Positions 50,650 through 60,482 of a stretch of 64,000 nt of DNA are shown one piece after another; the stretch's first letter is position 1; each line of letters starts with the position of its first letter. Made by a program: the position numbers and the translations under genes. The notes under the pieces are model-generated. The model made no database searches and was not told the DNA's origin. It saw only the letters and a list, made by a program, of their open reading frames with translations. The DNA comes from Thalia democratica (lineage: Eukaryota): positions 85,126,001-85,190,000 of the forward strand of contig OZ241827.1 of the NCBI GenBank assembly GCA_965202585.1. Direction: 5' to 3'.

Positions 50650-53600
50650 CTCTAATGCTTTGATTAAATCCTTTTTTGACATTCTGACTAACTGTAAGTT
50701 TGCTTTAGAGTCGTTGAGAGTGACAAAACAACGAAGCTTATTGTTATTAGAACCTACAATATCACAACCTAAAAATCTATTTTTTTCTTTAACGTCTTTA
50801 GCAGGTTTTTAGTTTGTGTTTCGGTCATCGATAAGACTATTTAAAGTTATTTTTCTTAGAGGTGACACTGTACAGCTTGTTGTAATTTTAGATCCCCTGG
50901 AGCTGTTTTCTAACCCTTTATATGCAGAAAGACTTGGTTTGATGGATAGTTTAGGTTTAATCGACTTTTTATTCTTTGTTTGCTTTTTTCGCAAATCTTC
51001 ACAAAAAACTTTTTTTTGTTCTTGCTAAAATATTTCTTTTTTTTTCTAAGTATATTGCTGGACTCTGGCTACTTAACGTTGCTTTGGGACCAACTCCATT
51101 TGTACCGACCATGGTTACTGATAAATTTATTTTTTGAACCTTACCTTGCGTATGATCTTTATCTGCACCTGTACCATCTTTTTCACCAGACTGTTTTGCT
51201 GCTTCTGCTTCTTTCACATCGTTTAAATCGTCTGCTTTTGGTTCATAATCTTTTCACTTAGTTTGATTTTGTTCGCGCCAAGAGAAGCTAAATTACTTTC
51301 TGAAGACTCCAACTTTACACTAACACTCATATTGTTCAGAGCTTTACTAGCTTTCGAAAGCAGATCTTCCACGTTCTCAATTTCCATTGGTACGTCTCTT
51401 TCATTTTGAGAAAGTCCTCGGAGAAACGAAACCATTTTTTTAAGCCTTCAACTTCATAGTCTGACAAGCTCTCATTCTTCTGCGACTCTTCACAATCATT
51501 TTTAAACCATGATTTTCCAGACACATGAAAATTGTCCAGCACGTACCAGAGCAGTTGCTTGAAAAACGGAAACCTGAACTTCTGGTTTATTTTCCTCCTG
51601 TTTTCCAACTCGTAAAGTTCCAACTGCGTCGGAATCGTCAGCGAACACGTGAAGCTGCCGCTGAAAACAATAGAGTCTTTGGGAGTGTGGACGGCGTGGA
51701 TCCAACCGAACGGCATCATGTAAAAATCCCCGGCTTCCTGGCGAACCAGCCGGCACTGGGACACCTGGTCGGCAAAGAAAACAGTCTTTGTCCGCAGATT
51801 TCGCCCACTTTTCGTATTCTTGCAAGTTATCACCGGTCGGCTCGATCAACCAGAAGATCTTTATTGCCCTTGGTAATGTGGAACCAAACGGATTTGGCTC
51901 CGAAGTCGATGTGGAAGTCCGTGTAGCACTTGGCCACGGACATCAGGCGGTACTTTTGAACCTTCGGGTACGTGATCGAGTTGTTCGACATCCCGGCTCT
52001 CTGTTCTCGCTTGAGTCCGCGGCGATTTCGATCAGGTCGATGTGGTCTATCACTCGAGGTCGCTCCACACGCTCGTCCAACTTCGAGTTGGAAAACTCCA
52101 GGGAGAGGGCGTTGAACAGCCTTTTGCGAGAAGGTTCTTTGTAGTTTCCCACAAAATCCTGGAGAGGCATCATTTTGTTGTCTTGTGGTTCAGCATCTAG
52201 AACGTCGATTGTGCTCTCCGCCGACCAGACGCTCCACATCTTCGACTGAAAATTTAAACCTCGAAACTTTTAAACCTGAAAAACATAGAGTACTGACTTT
52301 TTTCAATAACTTAAGCAGTAATAAAAAATTTGAAAAAATGAACAAATATAAAACTAACTTGTATAGAAACAAAAGTATAATATGTTTCTGTTTATCATTA
52401 CAATGAAATTAAATCAAGCACAAATATTACTTCAGTTATTACAAAATTAAAAATAACTTAAATCACAATCTGGTTATTGATATTAGGTATTGAGTGTTTT
52501 TATTTTAATTAAATAATTTCCAAGGTTTGCATTTAAAACTTGCTAAAAATAACGTCAATAACTAAAATATTCTTGTTAGCATTTACAATAAGCAAGTTTA
52601 TAACAAAAGAAAGGTGTACACTTAATTTAGTACTGCAAATACTTAAGTGCTTTTAGTATTTGGTTTTGACACTTAAGTACTTAACAACTCTCATTGAATT
52701 ACAAATATAATTTAATTCTAAAACTTTTCACAAAAAAAAATGGTGTTTAAATAATGATCATCAGTACTTTTAATAAAACCTTTTTTAGATGTTTTAAAAT
52801 CTACTAAAATTGCTTTATCACCATAAAACTAAAAACTTCTTAAAAATTTAAATTCAATTTGAAGTTAAGATTACAAAAGACTAAGTAGCAATTAAAAACT
52901 ACTTTAAATCATTTACTTAAAAACAAGTAAAAAAACAAGCAATTTCTAACTTAATCCTTTAGTATGTTTAAAATGCAGTGGAACTTTAAATCCATCTTTT
53001 TGAAGTACTCAGCATTGATAATAGAAGCATCTTCAATCTTAATGATAAAAGATTCTTTTTTTTCATAATGTTCTATTTTTTCTATTATATTATAGCTGCT
53101 ATCTTGATCGTAGTTTGGATTATGATTTCTATTTCTGCGTGTTCTAGCCATTTAAAACTGTAATGTTACAAAAAAATATTTTTCACTTGTGTCTGTTTAA
53201 ACCACAATTTAAGAAAAAAACTACTTTATTAATGCAACATTAAGAACAAAAGCATCTTAATAAATAAAATACTCGCAGGCAAATCAACTGAATAGTTTTG
53301 TGTAATTCACTTTTTGAGTTTAGAAGAGCTTAAGTTTGATTTATAGAACTTTAAAAGCTAACTACTTAAGTAAATTCATGCAAGTTAAAGATAAGTATAT
53401 TCATACATTTAGATGTATTGCTTCAAGCTTAAAGTTTTAAAATTTTATAATTAAACATTTTGTATATACTTATAAAAGAATATAAAATATGAATGATTAA
53501 AGCATAGTTAAGCTAAAATTAGATTTCTTACAATAAATACAACCTTTAAAAAAGCATATGAATTTTGTAAAACAGGAAAATTTTATTACTTTAGACACTT

Positions 53601-56600
53601 TTCAAAGAACTTGAATCTTTCCCCTTTACCTTTTGTTCTTTTTAACTAGGGTATATATTATTATAAGTTTTAAGATTTGAACTAACACCGATAAAACATT
53701 TTATTTTTATTTTTAATTGACAATAGATAGATAAACGAATAAGAATTAGATTATAAACATGGTTAGATTCTATGAAATTATACAACTCAATAATTATGTT
53801 TAAGAATCTCATTATAAATATGTTAATTTAGATATTTTACTTTCTTTTTATATCTTTTGTAAAACAATATCTTAAATTTATTTACCGTTTTAAATAAAAG
53901 AGCTGTTAATTAAATATTTTCAAACTAACTTTGATTGAACTTATAATCAAAATCTTAATTGAACTACCCTACAAACAATGCTCAAGTATAGCCTATCTGA
54001 ATAATAACTTTCAAAACAAAGTTTTTTATTCAAAAAGTGTTTGTGTTTGATAAGCTTTAAAATTTAGAAACAAATACTTACCTTAAGTATTTCAAGTGTA
54101 TATTAAAAAAAACTTTAAACAGTATTTATTGCTTTTACTTATCTTTAACTTTTTAAAAAAAAGATTTAAAGTTCGTTTTTATACAAAAACAAATTATATA
54201 TAGTTTTTGTTATTCTGTTAAATACTAAGAATATTTAAGAAAAGTAAAACACGAGTTAAAAAATAGTTTGATTTTTTCAAATACTTTGAACACTGTTTTA
54301 CAAACTTAACTAAAAATTAATGGTTAGTGGTTTTTATTGAAAAATACTCATACAACTTAAAAATTATAAAATATTTTAACAATTGCTTCTGGAAATTTAG
54401 CACTAAATGGGTAAAAATTCTTGTTTAAGAATATTCTAAATGGTATGATTTATTTTCTTACAAAATATTTTTGAATTAAAACATGCATAAAATTTTCTAA
54501 AATACTTAAATCATCAAAAAAAAAACTTGTTTTATTTAATAAATATGATCACTATTGTTCTTCAACATTTAATTTTTACATTAAATTCGTCGAAAAATTG
54601 TTATCGTGTTAACTTGCTCATCATATATACGATTTATTTTGTTATATTTAACTTTCCGTGTAATTTTGTGTTATATGTTTATTTTTATAAATCTGTTTTT
54701 TCATACAATTCAAAAATGCATTTAAAAAGCTTTTTCATCAACTTTTTTTTTTAATTGAACCAATAATTATTGTAATAGCTAATATCTTAAATCATTACAT
54801 GTTTTTAAAGTAAAATGTTGTTTTTAATCTGAGCATATAAAATAAACCTGACAAAAGTTACTGAAAAAACAATTTGTATGCTTGTTGATTAATGCTAAGA
54901 GAGAATTTAGAAAATTACTACGAACAACGCTTTTGATATTGTTTTGAAAATTACTAGTCACGTGATGAAATGAAAAGACAAGCAGGATTGTACTAAGTAT
55001 ACAAGTTTTTATTATCAAAAAAAAAAAACAGACAAAAAGACGCTAAAAGTATAAAAGATAATTAATAAGTAATGTTTTATAATATTAAAACGAACTGTTC
55101 TAAAAGAAGTATAAGAGGATATATGGTATAGAAACGATAATATAAATAAAAGTTTACCCTTGTACAGAAGTCGTAAAATTAAAGTGTTTAAACTTTATGT
55201 ATATTATATATATAGTTTCCGTAACGTATAAGTGTTTGAAGATAAATTGAATTTTATTTTCTAGCTTTTTGGCTAAATATTTTTTTGGGAAATTATTGCA
55301 GAGTCTTATAAGCTTTTAATTCTTTTATAACTGAGTTTAACTCATTATTTATAATTAACACATCGGTCTGTTCAACACAGTTACTTGTCTCGGCATCAAG
55401 TTTTCTAACAATTATGAAAACAAATTCCCTGTAAACCCTGTAAAGTTAATTCGAGTTATTTAAGTTTCTAGTTTCGTTAGCTGCAAACTTATTATCTTGA
55501 GTTTTATGCATGATTCTATGTTTTATTTTCGTTAAGTTATAGGATCGAGCCATCAAATCGAGATGCTTTAAATCTTTTTATTTTATTTTTTGTAATAGCT
55601 AGTATTTGTATCTTGAAATATAAGCTTCTTTAGAACCTTTTCGTAAAAGCGAATTAATTATGTTTAGCAGTTTTTGGTATGTCTCTTTAGAAAGCGTTTA
55701 AATGTACAGTCCATTACTATATTTCTTCTTAAAATACTTATTAATTTATTAAGTAGATTTTTTTTGTTTTTATATGTAGATTTATATTCTTAGAAACTTT
55801 TTAATAATGGTCTCCGATTCGGGTCGGCTGCTGTAGTAAAATTTTATCATGTAAATGAAATAAAGTAGTAATGCAGTACCCTATTTTTAAACCTATGTTT
55901 TTAAAAGTTTTAAATCTTAGCTGTTACCACTAGCCCATCCTATACAAACTAAAACAAAAATGTTTTATAATGTTAAGCTTGTTATTTTGTGAATTGCTTA
56001 TAGCTCTAATATACACCCTATACATGAAATTTTGTTTTTTTATAAACTACTTGTTATCTTAATGCTATGTCAGATTACTTTTATATGTGAAGGTTATTCA
56101 ATAAACCAAAAAAATTTTATTTCTCACAATTTTTACCAAAAAAATTTATATACAACTTAAATGGAACAAAAACATTTTGAATCTAAAAAAATGGTACAAG
56201 TTGAACAAGTATTAAAGTTAAATCATTAATGATTGTTTGGTAACAATAAATGAAATCAGAAAATCGTTTCTTCTATAAATTAAATATAATAAATGTAAAC
56301 TTTTAGTCAGTGGTAAGCAAAATTTTAGTCAGCGGGCTAAATTTACCAGAAATAAAAATAAAACATAAGTAAATAACAATAAACTATGTTTCATGTGTTA
56401 AATTTATTTCTGACCCTAAAATACATGGTGTGAGTTTGTAACCTCGAAAAAATAATTTTTTGCATTTTACTATAAATTTCAAAAAACTTACGTGCTCTCG
56501 GTTCAAAAAAAAAAAAAACCTTAAAACATTTAAAGTTTACATTTTGCGGATCGTGCGTTGCCCGTCCATGCTTTAAGTAGTACAACTCTAATCAATTTAA

Positions 56601-57862
56601 GTGAAATACAATAAGCTGTAAATGTTTGTTAAAGTTTATCGATACAAAAAATTTTTAGCAGTTTTGAAATGTATTTGTTACTGTTTTTTTTATATTGTTG
56701 TTTATTATGTTTGTGAAATTCTTAATGAAGAACTAGAAGCTACTTTTCCATCCAGTGACAATCTGAGTAACGCTTAATTCTCTAAATTATATTATTATAT
56801 TAAGCATTATTTTATTTTATTTGTCTTAACTTTTAATATTTTTGAACTTTTTGTAACGTTTGATTTAATGTTTGACAAATAGTTTACTTGCCTTATTTTT
56901 CCAAGTTAACGTTATGATCTTTCTAAAGTTAATGCTCTCCATTGTAAAGTTTAGATAGACTGTTTTTAAGCAGTTAAAACCATTTATTTATTGGTCAAAC
57001 AATGATAATAGTTTTTTATCAGAAAAATCTTAAACCCCAGTTTCATTACTTAAGGCTTAGACTTTTAGTATTTTTAAAGTTTTAAGCTTTATTTAAAAAA
57101 ATCTAAAGTGAAAAGCTAAACTGCTACGCATCAATCTTTTAGATATAAATAATAAAATGATTTGCAAAAAATAATAAAACAATCAAATACTCTACAAGAA
57201 TGTGTAAAATGTTTAGAGGATTTTAATTGGAGAAACAAAACTTTTGAATTGTAGCAAACATATGTGGTGTTATTTATTTACACCGTAGAGTAAATTTATA
57301 ATGATCGAAGTTCAGTTGATTAAATTATAACTTTATTTTTATTTTTTATGTGAAGTTTTAATTTTGTTTTCTGTAAAGATCGCGTCGCTCTATTTGGTAT
57401 CCATGGCAAATATATAAAAAGTAAATACTTCTTTGTGTGAATATTGTTTAGTCTGCACTAGTTTTGGTAAGTTTGTTGTAATAAAGCTTGCTCATATATT
57501 GTTTATTCAACGATAAAAAAAGCGCTTAAAAAGTTTGGTCTAAGGTGTACGAAAAATCCATTCGGATATTAAGTCGCACATCACATGCTTTTACAATTTA
57601 TTACGAGCTCTAAGCTGAACTTTTTTATCTTAATATATAAAACTTAAAAAATACATAAACCAATAAAATGAAAGAATAGAAAAGAAAATTAACTAAATTG
57701 TATGTTTACTTAGGAAATTTTTATTCATAATGTTCTCAAAAACTTGTCTATTAAGATAACTATACTATATATACTAGACCCTTAACTTTTCGTAAAAAGC
57801 AGGTGATCGCAAAACTAACAAAGTGTTTTTTCAAGAACTAAGTCCATTTAATATTTTAATTC

Positions 57863-57925
57863 TTTATTGTAACCCATTATGGTATAAGCATGCCCACACT
57901 TTAAATCAGCCGATGAGTCTAAATC
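57863..57925 (-). repeat. Detached copy (about 63 bp) of the catalytic-His segment of the 58764-60482 gene
   Basis: TTTATTGTAACCCATTATGGTATAAGCATGCCC(A/G)CACTTTAAATCAGCCGATGAGTCT is nearly identical to 59394-59451 (SSADLKCGHAYTIMGYNK). Confidence 0.9.
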
Positions 57926-58763
57926 CAAAATGGAAAAATTAACGATCAGTATGATTTTCTACAACGTTCTGCTAAACTAAAACTTTGTTTAATATTTTTT
58001 ATCAATTTAAGATTATTTGTTCCCAAAACCTTAAATAGAAGACTAAATTAAAAACAATAACGTGTTGAATTTTAAATACTACTTGAATATTTACCTTAGA
58101 GCAAACTATAAAATTCTAACAAAAACTAAAGACTTGTTCTCTTTTCTAATAACAAGTTTTTACAGTACTCTTTATTTATTTGACTAACATATTTTTCTGT
58201 GTGTCAAGCGAGTACTTATAATACAAGTTATTTCAAATCTAAACATAATTTATTGTTAAACTTTAGTAAATAACTTTTTCAATTATTTAACTTTTGTAAA
58301 ATTTTATAACCAAAGTCTGTGAAACGAACAGTGATTACAAATTCGAATTTTACTTATTCAATGTATTTAAGCTGAAAAAAAATAACTATCATCATTTAGG
58401 TAGCTTAAAAAATAATTTATAATTTGAGCACGTTTGTTTAATACTTTAGTGATGTATCTTTAATTTCTATCTATTAATCAAAAATCTACAAAAAGATAAG
58501 TTTTCAAGTATTTTTTTTAAGTATTCAATAGTCTTAAACCAATAGAATGAAATAACTTTATAAAATCATTCTTAATCATATACAAAATTTTCTTATGAAG
58601 GTAAAAAAGTTAGTATTTCATAACACACAAAAAATTTAAAACTTTAAATAATTGATCAGTAACGATTTAAGCTAAAAAAGTAAGAGAGAAATTTAAAGTA
58701 AAAGTAAGGCAATTTAAAAATAACCGAAATAAATAATAACTTCTAATAATAGCTCGAAATTCT

Positions 58764-60482
58764 TTAATTCGGTAATCTTTTAACTCTGAAAGCTTTATGC
58801 TCTGGAAAATATTCAGTTTCAAAATTAATTTTCTCGAAATTGCAAGCCCTGTTCGACGCCACTTTTATGCAGCTCTCTGCTCTGCCAGCCTTAAAACAAG
58901 CTGACTCTACACACTTAACAAAATCTAATTCGTAGGTGCCAGGCATGAGAGAAAACTTTTCGTCAGCCAAAATTCCAAGACCTTCTACAAAAGTACCTCT
59001 TGTTTTCATGTTTACGCAATTTTTCTTATTTAAATTTTTCAATGTAGTTTCAAAATACATTCTGTACAAGCTATCGCTGTCAGAGAAACTCATGTAGTTA
59101 ATAAAAATCTCGGACATTTCGTTTACCACTACTTTTGTAGAACCACAATTTACCTTGACTAACTTATTATCATCTGGAACTTCAAAAGATTCATTTATTG
59201 TAATTTTTGATTCGTATCTTTCCTCAGAATGAAGTGAAGATAAAGTTACTCTACGGTTTTCAAATTTATCCATTGTAACTAAAAATTCACCCATTTCGTC
59301 ATTTGCTTTTAAGTCTAAACAGATGGGTAGTTCCATGCTTGACAACAAATTGGGGCTGCAGTTAGCGTCGTACAGTTTAACTGCATTAAATTGTTTATTG
59401 TAACCCATTATGGTATAAGCATGCCCGCACTTTAAATCAGCCGATGAGTCTGAATTTAAACCGGGAAAGACTTCTAACACCAGTGAACTTTTTTTGTCAC
59501 ATTCATTTTTTATGTTTTTAAAAAGATTTCGTTTTGCCTGGTAAGACTCATAAGTGTTCATACTAGTCATGTTGTTGCTAAAAGCAGTAAAAGCGGTTAT
59601 TGAGAAAGTGTTTTCAGATAGTTGGCAAGAATTTGAACACATCACCTGCCTAAACGCTTTCTTCAAAAAGGTTACAAAGTAAAAGTTAGTATATACTAGA
59701 TGCTGTCTGATTAGCTCATCAGACAACGGTAAAGAGCAATAGTTTACTGCTACTTTTACAAGTTTACCATTCTTGAACATGTTCAGCAGAAGTACTCTGT
59801 TGCTCGTCTCATCAAATCTAGTAATCACCTCTTCCATGAACTCTTGTGATTGCGAAAGAGCGGTAAGGGCAGATATCAGCCCGCAGTTTCCTGACTTAGT
59901 TTGTTTGAAATCGCTCATTTCAACGAGGATATTTGTAAAAGGTGAAATATTTACTTTGTCCTCTGTGTTTGTTATATTCACTGAATCATCTATATTTGCT
60001 GCTTCTACTGAATGTTTTGTATTTATTTTTTCAAGTTTAACCATTGTATTCTTTACTTCTACTGAAGCTTCTTTATTTACTGTTTCTACCGAATCGCCTG
60101 TACCTACATTTTCTACTGTACCTTCTGTATTTATAACTTCTACTGAATCCTCTGTATTCTTTGCCACTGCTTTGTCTTTTGTATTTGCAACTTCTACTGA
60201 ATCTTCTGTATTTACAGTTTCTATTAAATTTAAAACTTCCACTCTTTCCTTGTCATTTAAAATTTTTACTGAGTCTCTCGTATTTACAAAGTTAACTGAT
60301 TCTTTATGATTTTCAAACTTCATAATTATATTTTTAATCCTATTTGGCTTTTTGGGTGCTTGCAAAACATTAGTAGAACTCGAAGAGCTTTCTTTACCTT
60401 TTCTCTTTTTAAGCTCAACTAAGCTGATACGGTTATACATTTTATTTACAATCTGATCTAGGTCCTCTAAATTGCTATCCAT
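58764..60482 (-). CDS. Divergent calpain-like cysteine protease (CysPc plus CBSW, no PEF), 572 aa, intronless
   Basis: SDFKQTKSGNCGLISAL retains the oxyanion Gln and Cys200. CGHAYTI (His354). VKLYDAN has Asp372 at the usual Asn position. CBSW-like C-terminus EKFSLMPGTYEL...CIKVAS. The N-terminal region has about 12 degenerate 9-aa repeats (SVEVxNTED-like). Confidence 0.82.
   Translation of the reverse strand: MDSNLEDLDQIVNKMYNRISLVELKKRKGKESSSSSTNVLQAPKKPNRIKNIIMKFENHKESVNFVNTRDSVKILNDKERVEVLNLIETVNTEDSVEVANTKDKAVAKNTEDSVEVINTEGTVENVGTGDSVETVNKEASVEVKNTMVKLEKINTKHSVEAANIDDSVNITNTEDKVNISPFTNILVEMSDFKQTKSGNCGLISALTALSQSQEFMEEVITRFDETSNRVLLLNMFKNGKLVKVAVNYCSLPLSDELIRQHLVYTNFYFVTFLKKAFRQVMCSNSCQLSENTFSITAFTAFSNNMTSMNTYESYQAKRNLFKNIKNECDKKSSLVLEVFPGLNSDSSADLKCGHAYTIMGYNKQFNAVKLYDANCSPNLLSSMELPICLDLKANDEMGEFLVTMDKFENRRVTLSSLHSEERYESKITINESFEVPDDNKLVKVNCGSTKVVVNEMSEIFINYMSFSDSDSLYRMYFETTLKNLNKKNCVNMKTRGTFVEGLGILADEKFSLMPGTYELDFVKCVESACFKAGRAESCIKVASNRACNFEKINFETEYFPEHKAFRVKRLPN

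Larger units (their letters stand above)
47551..53151 (-). pseudogene. KDM2: KDM2 (JHDM1)-like JmjC demethylase, unprocessed pseudogene with multiple frameshifts, interrupted by a hAT element
   Basis: Exon 1 52951-53151, GT-AG intron 52276-52950, exon 2 from 52275. Pieced frames give KDM2 motifs: [67 protein letters not shown]. Frameshifts near 53000, 52215, 52020, 51782, 51437, 51225 and 51000; in-frame stop at 50809-50811. The frame resumes past the hAT element and ends at TGA 47551-47553. Confidence 0.85.

Noticed and set aside
51502-52406. Several separate ORFs in the track (51502, 51525, 51788, 51943, 52185, 52190) taken as independent genes
   Set aside because: They are frameshifted fragments or antisense shadows of the single KDM2-like pseudogene.
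42970-60482. Bacterial, viral or contaminant origin of the intronless genes
   Set aside because: No operon structure, Shine-Dalgarno sites or viral hallmark genes; they sit among animal MITEs and an intron-containing KDM2-like gene. Horizontal origin cannot be fully excluded without a phylogeny.
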